Shown here: positions 24,328 to 36,555 of the stretch, piece after piece
Layout of the letters: each line of letters opens with the position of its first letter
Numbering within the stretch: the first letter of the stretch is position 1
Source of the DNA: Squalus acanthias
Taxonomy: Eukaryota
Reading direction: 5' to 3'
DNA length: 64,000 nucleotides
NCBI GenBank assembly: GCA_030390025.1
Contig: CM059438.1
Coordinates: 78,244,001 to 78,308,000, forward strand
Notes under the pieces: generated by a model
Seen by the model: only the letters and a program-made list of their open reading frames with translations
Told to the model about the DNA's origin: nothing
Database searches by the model: none
Position numbers and translations under genes: made by a program

Positions 24328-26527
24328 TCAACTCCATTTACCCGCCTTTGCTCCATATCTCCGGTTCAAATCAATAAAAGGCAAATTTAAGATTAATATC
24401 AGGAAGTTCTTCTTCACACACAGAATTTTTTTTCTTGTAGTCCCAGTTAGTTCCCCGCCCCCCTCACTGGCATTTTAATTTTAATCAGTAGCATGTTTTA
24501 AAGTACCGATATGTTATCTCTTTCAGCTCATCTAAGAGTGAAGGGTGTTTCCAGCTGGTTCCTGTAACCACAGTTGGCACACGCTCATCCCACTGGCACT
24601 GTTTAAAATTAAAGTTTGAACCCAAGTGCCAGTAAGCAGAGTACGCGCCAACCTTATGAGCAGCTGTTATAGTAACTAACTGGAAACTTTCACTCTTTGG
24701 CAGGTTGTGGGAGGCCGAACACCAGCACTTCAAACCATTCTGCTGATCAAACTTCAAATGCTGGCGAGCAGAGAAACAGGCAAGAAAAGTTGCACTGTTG
24801 GGCGAAATTGGCAGGATTGGTCGCAGGATTTTAGTGCCACAAACATGCCTTGCCTTCACTGCCACACCGGTACAGTGCACCTGCCCACCGAGCCTTCACC
24901 CATACACGATATCTATTGTGAATGCAAGAGAAATCCCAGCGATCTTGATTAAAGGGCCTGGGTTGTTTCAGAGTACAGGTGTTGGGCCCATACATCGTTG
25001 GTTTACCAGTGTATCTGTTTGCAATTTATTACTGATTGCATCATTAGGTTGCAGCAATTTGTTACAAATATTGAGAAATTCTCTTGAAATGCAATTTGGA
25101 AACAAATCAAGCAAATTCAGACAAGTCTGCTGTGAGCCAATCCGTGCACACTCCTGCATCTATTAACATCTGTACTGTACATTTGACTTTGTAGAGCAAT
25201 TATTTTAACCTTAAACATATGGTACGAACAGCACCACGCATGCAAAACTGACACTTGAAGAATGTTGTTCCTATTTTAAGTGAACTTTGTTTAAACATCG
25301 GCAGTTTGAGTTATACAAACTGGTTAATATGAAAATTGAACACTAAAAGGTAAACTTCAGCAAGCATAATTGGTTGACTTAATCCTTTAATTGGTAGTCG
25401 CACATTTCATGTACAGACGGTTTGGATGCGCACGAAAACTCCCTTATTATTGTCATACATAATCTGCCTCACGATGCCAACTTCCTCTTGTGGAAGAATG
25501 AAACTGTTTTATTCTGAACAATGACCCCTGAAGCCCAATTAACTCATGCTGTGTGTTCGTCATGGTCTGCTTGCGAGGAGCAGGAGTTTTAGTGTTTTTA
25601 GTAAAGGTGTGTCTGAGCCTCAAAGAAGCAAAATGAACATGTGGCAAGCAAATAGACAAATTTGCAAATCCACCGCCAGTTGATTAATTAGTACATAAAG
25701 AGACAGCCGATCCCATCTATTTTATAAAAGCCCAGAGTTCAAAATACTTATTCTTTTCTTTCTTTGGTTAGTAAGATTGAAAATTGATTGGTGGCAAAGA
25801 GTTAGTATTATACAATCCACAGGGTTCAGCAGCTTTGCAATCAGTTTCAGGGAAGTCCATTTAATTTTAGTTTTTTTACTTAATTCCGGTTTCTTATACC
25901 ACCTTCCTATTTATGTTTTCTTATCTATATATTTTTTACATTTTCAATCTTTTAGTGCTTGAGACTAGAGTATATTGCAAACTCGATTCCATCACTGTAC
26001 ACTGCAAACTTTAGTTCATTACTGTACATGCTAACTGTACTCCATTGCTGTACCTCAAACACTACTCCATCACTGTACACCATTAAGCTGATACAATAAA
26101 ACACATCACAACTGCTGCTTTACCGATGCTAATTCGATCTTCATTTGTAACTTTACACTTCATGCTGACTGTGTAATCTTATAATGTACTACTTAAGCAA
26201 TAATTAATTTACAGGACTACAGTGAGTTGTTATTAAGAACAGATAGCTTGATTGAAGGATGAATCCATAGATCGAATCTTTTAATAAAACTCTAGTCCTT
26301 AGTCATAAACTATTGTATCACCCCAAGTTCATGAAAGCAACCTGAGAATTCTTTGGCGTAACGGAATATTTAAATGGAAATTTTGTAGCCTTTCGTTTGT
26401 TTTTATGTTTTCCTTAGGATTTGTGGGATCTGAGGCAGATCTGTGGTGTTGGTGGCAGTTCGATAAAACCCGAAAGCGGCTCTTTGGAATCAGAGACAAC
26501 CTGACAGAACCAGTAAAGTTCAGTTAG

Positions 26528-26679
26528 GGTCATTTTGACTTTAGACGATAGTGGGGAAAAGCACGATATCGACTTGCCCATCTCTCCAGTGAATGGAAAT
26601 GAAAATCAGGAGGTGTTTAACGGGTGGCCGAGCCAATATCGCCCGTTTTACACTGTCGTCTGAAGTCAAAATTACCCCC
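26528..26679. mobile_element. MITE family E, full copy
   Basis: Imperfect TIR of about 27 bp: gggtcattttgactttagacgatagtg / cactgtcgtctgaagtcaaaattaccc. Confidence 0.75.
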
Positions 26680-28119
26680 AGTGGATCAAAGGCCTGAGAT
26701 AATATTTTTCTTGTTTAATCTTTCTTACTATCTTCCTTTATTCCATTGCCCCCTAACGTGACCCAGTAACAGTAGTGTCACAGGGTAGCAGGCCAATTAT
26801 CATCAGGGTTATAGACACAAATACTGGATGTGTGCCAGTAGAATTACGGTATTCACCAGAGGTGCATTTACATCAGGCGGGTCAACGTTAGGCTTGCCAT
26901 TGCACTGACCCGGCTAGTTCTTCCATTTTTAGGTGAATTGATTGCTCAGCTTTTCCATTACTGCTAATTGCATATTATTTCCTTTCAATCACAGGGTTTA
27001 AAACTGTCATCTGTTCGAAAGCCAAAATACTGCCCACAGCTTTTTCTGGCTAAACAGTAAAAGGGATTGGCTAGGAAGTGCTGCAAATGTTGATATCCAC
27101 GATACTTGTCCCGTGCAGCAATGTTGGGCTGCTCGTTATGTAAATTAAGCCAAACTGCTAGGAGGCTTTGCAACCCATCCTGACACCTGAAAGAAATCAT
27201 TTGTGTTCTCTCTTGCGCTGTGGTAAACAGTTTCATTTACGTCACCGTCACCCGGTCTCTGCAGTCAGTGATAGAAAGGCTGGAATGTTCCTCTTGCAAT
27301 TTAAAAAAAAAAAAAATCCATATTGCAAAGCAATTCCTAAAATAACTCCAGTTTGGAAAAAAATCAAAACCGCTTTCACTTCCTTTCGCATTGCTGAGTT
27401 GTAGTCAGTTAAAGTGCTTTGTATTTGTTTACCCGTAGAGGTGCCAGTCTGTTAGATAGTGTTGTGTGAGTGCGACAAGGAGCACAGGTTCCAGCAGCCT
27501 GGGCTCATAATCACATGCACATGGAGCACTGACTGTAGGTAGGACAAGTGATTTGTTGCAGCAAGTAATTATTTTATCGCTCCAATCTGCTTCGAAGCCA
27601 ACATTTTCATTGCCTCTGGGGTTTTTTTTTTCATGCAAAGCTGAGACACTCGAGCAGCAAATCACACTACATGCAGCAAGTGTAGAAATTCCCGGGATTT
27701 GTCACAAGGTGACACACCGCACCAATTCACTTGCCATAACTACAGGCACAGAAATACCATCAGTGGTACTTAAATATGTTGCCTCAGGGAAAGAGACGTG
27801 GAGCTTGAATTTTGGCAAGTAATTAAGATTAAATTAAAAACAGACTGGCGCACTGTATCTTTAATACTCTTTGTGAGGCCTGAATATGGAAATATGCATA
27901 CAGTCACATTGTAAAATAATACTTTATACAACAATTCTCATGTGAAACATGCAAGTGTGTCACAAGTATCAAAAACGCCACTACAGCATGTCTGTATCAT
28001 TTTGTTGAAGGTTTTGATGAAAGGAAAAAGCAGAATTCGCTTTGCTTTTTCTGTAACAGCCCCAACTTCTTCCAACATGCTTATGTAGCTGTTTTTATAT
28101 TGTGCTAAGACCCATTGTA

Positions 28120-28921
28120 CTGGTAGTGGCAGGAAACATTCGCGCCACGGAAGTGCCAGGCAATGACTATCTCCAACAAGCAAGCGTCTAACCACCTCCC
28201 CTTGACATTTAATGGCATTACCATCACCGAATCCCTCACCATCAACATCCTGGGGGTCACCATTGACCAGAAATTTAACTGGACCAGCCACATAAATACT
28301 GTGGCAACAAGAGCAGGTCAGAGGCTGGGTATTCTGTGGCGAGTGTCTCACCTCCTGACTCCCCAAAGCCTTTACACCATCTACAAGGCACAAGTCACGA
28401 GTGTGATGGAATACTCTCCACTTGCCTGGATGAGTGCAGCTCCAACAACACTCAAGAAGCTCGACACGATCCAGGACAAAGCAGCCTGCTTGATTGGCAC
28501 TCCATCCACCACCTTAAACATTCACTCCCTCCACCACCTGCGTACCATGGCTGCAGTGTGTACCATACACAAGATGCACTGCAGCAACTCGCCAAGGCTT
28601 CTTCGGCAGCACCTCCAAAACCCGCGACCTCTACCACCTAGAAGGACAAGGACAGCAGGCGCATGGGAACACCACCACCTCCAAGTTCCCCTCCAAGTCA
28701 CACACCATCATGATTTGGAAGTATATCACCGTTCCTTCATCGTCGCTGGGTCAAAATCTTGGAACTCCCTCCCTAACAGCACTGTGGGAGTACCTTCACC
28801 ACACGGACTGCAGCAGTTCAAGGCGACGGCTCACCACCACCTTCTCAAAGGCAATTAGGGATGGGCAATAAATGCTGGCCTTGCCAGCGACGCCCACATC
28901 CCATGAACGAATAAAAAAAAA
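28120..28921 (+). mobile_element. LINE 3' part (CR1/L2 group, Crack/Daphne-like)
   Basis: 231-aa ORF with ILGVTIDQKFNWTSHI..YKAQVTSVMEYSPLAW..WNSLP; ends in poly(A). Confidence 0.88.
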
Positions 28922-29007
28922 GCTGGTGCCAGTTCCCAATGGGTCCATCTGACACAACTGCCTGCTGACTAAAAATAACGGTTGCTGGGATTCCCTGCGG
29001 CGGTGAC

Positions 29008-29162
29008 CAATGTTCTCCTTAAGCTGAGAGGCCGCGCGGTGCTCTGGAGGTCCTGCGCAGCCAGCTCACCGGCTTTTAAATGGAAAAACCGCATATGCAC
29101 GGAATTTCGAATGGGCCGCGCAGCCCGTCAAAGGGGCCAAAAAAAAATAAGAGGGAACATTG
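29008..29162. mobile_element. hAT-type MITE
   Basis: TIR caatgttctcctt / aagagggaacattg; 8-bp TSD gcggtgac (29000-29007) / gcagtgac (29163-29170). Confidence 0.75.
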
Positions 29163-29631
29163 GCAGTGACGAACCAACTTGCTAGAAGCTGGAGCTCCTT
29201 CATCCCCGGCGGCCGCTGTTCTTAGACTCGCCCAATGTGAACATAACAACTGTGTATCATGACTAATGTTTTTTTTGAATTGATATCGTAATTCATGCCG
29301 AAGCAGTGAAAAAACCTTAAAACTATTGGATTAACGAGCTTGTGGTAAAATGAACAACAGAAAGTTGGCACTGAAATTGCGTTCTGAGGATTAGGTCCTT
29401 TGTTCTGTGTATTAAGCTTTTGCCCAGAGGAGTTATGCAGCCTTTGGACCTGTTACCTGATACAGGCTTTGAAAAGTCAAGTATTTCAACACGCAGCACC
29501 TTATATAGGATTTCGGGAATCTAGATTTCATATAGAATTTCAGGAATCAGGAAGAGTTGAAATTCCTCTTTTAGTAAAAAGTGAGAGAAGGTCAGTTTTT
29601 CTCCATAATTAATGAACAATAATGAAATCGT

Positions 29632-32114
29632 GGCCTGGATATTGCGGTAATAATAACAGTGAGGCTATCAGCGCTCACCGTTATTAAGGAGTAAATCGGA
29701 CAGCTACTTCTGGCGTCCACACATGCACAATAAAACACGGAAATCAGGAAGTTGCTGTCCGATTTGCCCTGCTCCTCCACAAGCTTCGCTACACCGGTAC
29801 CTCACCGATAGACTCGGCATTGAAATCTGTGAAGGGCGTGATGTTGGGGTACTTAACCCCTCTAGTTACCCACTAAACATGCCAGAAAAAGTTAGGGCTT
29901 GTCCATTCACGTGTAAGTGAATTTTTAACGGCGTGAGAAGTCCTAATTACTGCCAAACAACCTCTCTGGCCCTGAAAATTTACTTTTACAAGTGTGGAGT
30001 CTCATTCCTTGAGATTTTTAAATTATTTTTGGAGATTTCAAAAAATAAAAAATAAAAAACTGTTTGTTTACTTTTTCTTCTGGTCTCTTTTATCTCTCCC
30101 TCTTAATCCCATCTTTCTTTCCCCCCTCTTTATTTCGCTTTCTGTACATGATTTTACATTGAATATTCTAGCCTGGTTTAGACTCTGCGGTCGCGATTTC
30201 GTCAGCGGAGGCGGGATCGCGGTGGGAGAGGTGGGTGGCGGGTCCCGGTCCCACTCATGACTCCAGCCCACTCTCTTCAAGTGATTTTCCATTGATTGGG
30301 CTTGTTAAGCCCGCCCTGCGCGTTTCCCGGTCAATTATAAGGAAGCGGGTCTGATGACGCCATTTGATGATGCGTCATCAGCCTGTTTCCTTAAAGGGGC
30401 CATGTGCACATTCATTTTGACAGTTGTTCTGTCAATGTTCTGCAGCATTGAGGTGCTGCAAACACCGACAAGCACTGCACAAAGGTGGACGGCTGCACCC
30501 AGGCTCTCGCATGACTCCCTCCGTAGGCTTATGGAGGGAGACACAGCATGCAGGGAGGTCCTCTTCCCTTCTCATGGGCGGAAGAGACCTCCCCAGGACA
30601 CCAACGCAGCCTGGTTGCAAATTGCATAGGAGGGCACAAGCAGGGATGTTGTCAGGAGGACCAGGCTGCAGTGGCGTAAACCTTTCAATGATCTGAGCAG
30701 ATCACAAAAAGTTACTGCAAAGCCACACTCAATCTCATCCTGCTGTGCCACTCAACACATCCACATCACTCTGCCTTCCCTACCCTACTCCTGCACATCC
30801 TTACTCACACCAACTTACCTTGCACCACCACCCATCCCTCTCTATCTACATTATCACTTCCCCATCTCACTAGCCACCCCTCACACTCACCCTCATCCTA
30901 CTGCAAGCATACCAACTAACAACACACAAGGGTAGACACTTGAGTGGTTTAGCCAATGTTCATGTGAAGTTTCTGTTAATGTGTTGTCAAACATTGAAAT
31001 CTATATTTTCAACACTTTACCTTATTGGACAGATCTGTGCTCACCTTTAGAAGTGTCTTAGTGAGTTCCAGTGAATGTTGAGACATAACTCCCCCCCCTC
31101 CCCACCCCCAATTGTGATGAGTGTGAAAGGAATGGCTTGGACATTGTAGAGATCCTTTATGGTGCTGGTGTGGGGTGGTGTCAACCTGGCGCATCTTGTG
31201 GCAGCCAGGGTGTACAGCGCCAAGTGAAGTAAATCTTGCCATGGTGATGCCATCGCTGGCCTCCCGGGCAGCAATGTTGTCGGGTGCTGATGCCCTGTGT
31301 CCTGTGCAGCATCAGGTGATTGCGGAGAAGGTTGGTGTTGTTGTTGGTGTGCCTGGTGATGTTGGTGTTGGGGCTGATCGTGGTGGGATTCTGAGGACCA
31401 AGGTGAGAATTTTTCAAGGGCACCAATGTTGCTGGAATAGATGGCAGCTGACGTTGAGATGACAGAAGCGATCTGTCACTGGTGAGAGAGCTTGCTCCAA
31501 GGAGATGACAGTGGATAGAGAGTTTACTCCAAACACTTCCAAACTGCATACAGCTCAAAAGTGTCTTCCAAGTCCTGAAAGCTCAAGCTTCTGACATTGG
31601 AAAGTGAACAGCTGTGAAATGGTAGCTTTCAGACCACTTTTGCAGCTGTCTCCTATTCACAGCATTGGGGAGACACAGAGAACACGACCTCCTTACCTGA
31701 CGTGATCCCCAAGCGTCGGGAACCTCGTAAAAAAAGTGGTGAAATAGAAAAAGGCTGGCAAAATAGTAGTTAACAAGCGTTTAACAAGCATTTAACTATC
31801 TTAAATGCCTCCCCTGTCGCTTGGTGTCGGGTCTGTTCTGAAATTGCAGACCCGACACTTTGGAAACTTACATGGAGGCGGGTTCGGAGCGGGTTCCCAA
31901 CCCGCTGTCAATCATTTCGATTTTGACAGCGGACCGCCTCCAAACCCACACTCTGAGCGCCGGCAAAATTCAGCCCTGTGTGTCTAGGTAGGATGAAATG
32001 GCTCTCTAATTACAGTAAGTTGCCGCACAAAAGCCCACTGAAAGTCTGTGGGCAGCTGTAAGCGTAAGGAACGGCAAGCGCTGTTCCCTTGCCGTTGACC
32101 GCAAAATCCAGGCC
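29632..32114. mobile_element. Harbinger-like MITE (family C) carrying a nested family-D element
   Basis: 17-bp TIR ggcctggatattgcggt / accgcaaaatccaggcc; subterminal hairpins. Confidence 0.75.
30189..31976 (+). mobile_element. Harbinger-like element (family D) with a Myb/SANT-like ORF remnant
   Basis: About 30490-30710 reads AAPRLSHDSLRRLMEGDTACREVLFPSHGRKRPPQDTNAAWLQIA*...RRTRLQWRKPFNDL, the Myb_DNA-bind_5 pattern. Flanks tgc/tgt. Confidence 0.75.
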
Positions 32115-34731
32115 ATTATATTTTCAAAGCCACACGTCCCAGCAACTTCATGAGCAGGTCTTTAATTATGGAGAAAAACAAGTATTGTCCCATTTTCATT
32201 CAGGGGATTCACCCACTTCGAATCAATAAAATATCTCACTTGTTTTCTGCAAGTGCATTTTATATATTGAATTTGTTACTTGCATTTACCAGGTGTCCTC
32301 GTTACCATAACACATAGTAGTACCTCGTAGCATTTTTCAAATGATCTCCGCCAGATTGAAAGCCTGTCAAGGTGAGGAAGCTGGGCCTGTATAAATAGGT
32401 GAAGCAGAGCAATCCCCCAAAAATACCATTTCTTATTTTTTGTTGATTTTCAGCAAGCTGAACATCACAACTGAGCCAATCCCAGCCTCAGCTGACAGGC
32501 ACATTCTAGCAGGGATCACTGGATAGAAATCAAGAGTGAGGACCTTTGCTAATTTCTGTTTCTCTCCCTTACCAGCCAAAGAGCACTGAGGCCAACTTCA
32601 GTGACCCAGTTGCTTCCTGTCTGCGAACAGCTAACCGGGCACAGACCAAGGACTGAGCCTGGGACCCTCATTACTTGCGCCGTTTCGTACCACACCACAT
32701 TAACCCACTAAGTCACTGGAGGAGTCATTTCCGCAATGCACCTTTATCGCTACACTATAACGCAAAACAGTAGCCTGGCTTAAAGGTTGTAAACTGCGTG
32801 CTTGAGCCTAACATGAGTTCAGTTAGAAATAGGATTGCTTCCGACAGGATTTAGCACATGTGCCTACTCTTATTGAAAGAACCGAATGACAATCTGGTTA
32901 AGTGTACGCAAGTACCACTGGCACACTAAACGTACAACATTGGATTCATATCAGAGTCCAATTTAAACATTCATCTCCAAAAAGCTATCTGAAGTTCAGT
33001 CGAAATATTTCTTCATTTTCATACACAATTATCATTTCCATGTTTGGGAAATTGAAAACTTAAGAGCATCAAGTGGAGATGCGATTTACTTTAGAATAGG
33101 GACTGTGCTGTAATGTATAGAAGCCACAGTATTTTCCTGTGTAAGCAAGCATTATGAATTCCAATATCATTGAACCATCTATCACTATTTGGCATGACAT
33201 CTGCCTGCAAATTTTAAAAAAATGGAAAATGATCAAGGGTAAAAACCTTTGTTTCTATACAGCATACATTGGTTTGTGTTCCTGCGATTGGGATCTATAT
33301 AAGAATAATTCTACACTCCCAGCAGGAAGATGCACTCACAGAGAACGAGGATCAGAGAACTGGGGCTCCAGTGCTGTGGGCCTATTTCTGATCCTCACTC
33401 CCTTTGAGTGTAGCTTCCCCACTAGGATTGTGGGATCGTGAAATTACCTCAAAAACGACTTGAGTTTCGCTTTCATGGTTTATGAGGCTGACTCAACTCC
33501 TCAGTATGTCACAGTCTTGTATCCCACTCGGAACTTGATATCATCTTGTATATTATGAGACAGGAAACACAAGCTCTGCCTGTTCCAATAGTCCAACTAA
33601 AACTTTAACATTTTGTGCTCCGTCTATGGCACACACCATATGAAAAGGATATTAAGATGATGCATTGGACACATTTGGATGCCAGATGTATAATGTTTGT
33701 CCAGATTGATTGAAACCTACTGCAGCAAAGAGAAGAGTACATTACGAATATTGAGGCACAATTAATGTAGGAAATAATTAGAACGGCGCGCAACTTAAAA
33801 TCTTAAAAAATAACAATTAGTGACACAAATATCGTCCTTCCGGGTGAAAACCGAATCAACTTGTCTTTGTTGCCTGTAACAGTTGAAATCACTCGCACAA
33901 TTTAAAAAATGTATTGAAATTTTCATGCTTTATTTTTATGTTCCTTTTCCCATCTGGTTTCCATCTGTTCAAGGTTCCATTGAAGCAAAAAAAAAATGAA
34001 TCGTTTTGACAATTCCTTACTGGGGTCGGTTTTACATTGGAGCCCTGTGTCCCTTTTTGAGCCCATTTTCCACTGTTCAAAAAAAACCCACTATGAATGC
34101 CTGGTACTTACACAAACCTAACCGAAAACAGATAACAACCACCAGAAATAAAGTGCATCAAGTATTGGCATCAAACACCTGTCTTATTGCTGCAAGTCTT
34201 TTGACAAGTCTGGGCCAGAGTTTTACTGAGGGCCCACTTTAACAGAAAGACATTGGGCAGTATATTCCGATGCGCTGAAAACAGGTATTTCCGATCTGTC
34301 AAGAATGCTCTTGACAAGGGCCCTCGAGAAGGGCCTCTGAGGGGGGGAGAGTTCCACTTTCTGCAGAACCTCCGCCCGCAGAAAACCCTTAGAAATCCTA
34401 CACCTGCGTAAGGCCTGCTTTTACCAGCATAAGAGTTGAAAAAAGTTAAAAAAAAAAATTTCCACTCATTTATAATTTAAAAATACTTTTAAAAAAGGTA
34501 AGTTTCATTTTAGCCCTGTAAAAAACTTTAATTATTTTTTCAAAAAAATTAAGTTTTTGTTTAAAACATTTAATTTATTGTAATTTTAACTCTTTTAAAA
34601 ACGTGATGGTTTTTTAAAAATGTATTTACTGTTTTACTGTGTTTTTGGGGTGATCTCCATTCATATATTTGACAGCAGAAAACGCTGGAAAAACTCAGCA
34701 GGCCAGGCAGCATCCGTGGAGAGAGAAAGAG

Positions 34732-34768
34732 AGTTGACGTTTCAGGTCGATGACCTTTCATCAGAACT
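34732..34768 (-). ncRNA. Minimal hammerhead ribozyme (left arm)
   Basis: Mirror copy of 38338-38374. Confidence 0.75.
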
Positions 34769-35044
34769 GGGAAGAGCTGGAAATCAAATAGATTTAAGGC
34801 CAGGGTAAAGCTGGGAAAAGGGGGAGGGGATAAAGGAACAAAGGAGGAGATGAAGAGACATTAAGAGACATTAAGAGATATGCAAGGCTAGAGGTGGTGT
34901 TAATGTGACAGATTAAGGCTGAATGAAGTGTGAAATCTACTGGCAGAATGAAGGACAGCTGCCAGCTTCTAGGAGGAAAAAAAAGGTGGGGGGGACAAAT
35001 AAAAGGGTGGATAAAATAAAATATAAATGTGATTGGAGCTGAGG

Positions 35045-36550
35045 TTATGATCTAAAATTGTTGAACTCGATATTGAGTCCAGAGGGCTGTAGCGTGCCTA
35101 AACGAAAGATGAGGTGCTGTTCCTCGAGCTTACGCTGAGCTTCCGTGGAACAGTGTATTAGGCCGAGGACGGTGAGGTCAGAGTGGGAGTGAAGCGGTGA
35201 ATTAAAGTGACAGGCCACCGGGAGCTCGGGGTCCCCCTTACGGACTGAACGGAGGTGTTCCGCAAAGCGGTCACCCAATCTGCGTTTGGTCTCCCCAATG
35301 TAGAGGAGTCCACATCGTGAGCAGCGAATACAGTATACTAAATTGCAGGAAGTACAAGTAAATCGCTGTTTCACCTGGAAGGGGTGTTTGGGGCCCTGGA
35401 CAGTGGGAAGAGGGGAGGTATAAGGGCATGTGTTGCATCTCCTGCGCGTGCACGGGAAGGTGCCGGGCGAAGGGGAAGGGGTGCTGGGGGTGGTAGAGGA
35501 GTGGACTAGGGTGTCGCGGAGGGAGCGGTCCCTGCGGAATGCTGAAAGGGGAGGTGAGGGGAAGATGTGTTTGGTGGTGGGATCACGCTGGAGGTGGCGG
35601 AAATGGCGGAGGATGATCCGTTGAATGTGGAGGCTGGTGGGGTGAAAGGTGAGGACAAGGGGAACCCTATCGTGGTTCCGGGAGGGAGGGGTAGGGGTGA
35701 GGGCAGATGTGCGGGAGATAGAACGGACACGGTCGAGGGCCGTGTCGACCACGGTAGAGGGGAATCCTCGGTTGAGGAAAAAGGAAGACATGTCGGAAGC
35801 ACTGGTATGGAAGGTGGCATCATCAGAGCAGATGCGGCGGAGACGGAGAAACTGGGAGAATGGAATAGAGTCCTTACAGGAGGCGGGGTGGGAGGAAGTG
35901 TAGTCCAGGTAGCTGTGGGAGTCGGTGGGCTTGTAGTGAATGTTAGTCAATAACCTATCCCCAGAGATGGAGATGGAGAAGTCGAGGAAGGGAAGAGAAG
36001 AGTCGGAGATGGACCATGTGAAGGTGAGGGAAGGGTGGAAATTGGAAGCATAGTGAATGAAATGTTCTAGTTCAGGGCGAGAGCAGGAGACGGCACCGAT
36101 ACAGTCATCAATGTACCGGAAAAAGAGGTGAGGGAGGGGACCCGAGTAGGACTGGAACAAAGAGTGTTCCACATATCCCACGAAAAGGCAGGCATAGCTA
36201 GGACCCATGCGGGTACCCATAGCAACACCTTTAATTTGGAGGAAATGGGTAGAGTCAAAGGAGAAGTTGTTCAATGTGAGAACAAGTTCAGCCAGGCGGA
36301 GGAGGGTGGTGGTGGATGGGGACTGGTTGGGCCTCTGTTCAAGGAAGAAGCGGAGCGCCCTCAGGCCATCCTGGTGGGGAATGGAGGTGTAGAGGGATTG
36401 TACGTCCATAGTGAAGAGGAGACGGTTGGGGCCGGGAAACTGGAAACTGTTAAAATGGCGGAGGGCATCGGAAGAGTCGCGGATGTAGGTGGGAAGAGAC
36501 TGGACAAGGGGAGAAAAAATAGAGTCGAGATAGGAAGAGATAAGTTCCGT
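35045..36550 (-). CDS. PLE RT plus GIY-YIG endonuclease, 5'-truncated (inverted copy)
   Basis: Translation identical to the plus-strand copy. Confidence 0.92.
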   Translation of the reverse strand, partial: TELISSYLDSIFSPLVQSLPTYIRDSSDALRHFNSFQFPGPNRLLFTMDVQSLYTSIPHQDGLRALRFFLEQRPNQSPSTTTLLRLAELVLTLNNFSFDSTHFLQIKGVAMGTRMGPSYACLFVGYVEHSLFQSYSGPLPHLFFRYIDDCIGAVSCSRPELEHFIHYASNFHPSLTFTWSISDSSLPFLDFSISISGDRLLTNIHYKPTDSHSYLDYTSSHPASCKDSIPFSQFLRLRRICSDDATFHTSASDMSSFFLNRGFPSTVVDTALDRVRSISRTSALTPTPPSRNHDRVPLVLTFHPTSLHIQRIILRHFRHLQRDPTTKHIFPSPPLSAFRRDRSLRDTLVHSSTTPSTPSPSPGTFPCTRRRCNTCPYTSPLPTVQGPKHPFQVKQRFTCTSCNLVYCIRCSRCGLLYIGETKRRLGDRFAEHLRSVRKGDPELPVACHFNSPLHSHSDLTVLGLIHCSTEAQRKLEEQHLIFRLGTLQPSGLNIEFNNFRS

Positions 36551-36555
36551 GGGCC

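Larger units (their letters stand above)
24030..24362 (-). mobile_element. CR1 3' tail inserted in the older CR1
   Basis: ggccattcagcccctcgagcctgctcc...; flanked by ggttc/ggttc. Confidence 0.65.
23480..24425 (+). mobile_element. Old CR1 fragment, host of nested insertions
   Basis: LYSALFRPYLDYRVQF...GLFSFERRRLKDD; the sequence resumes after 24363. Confidence 0.8.
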
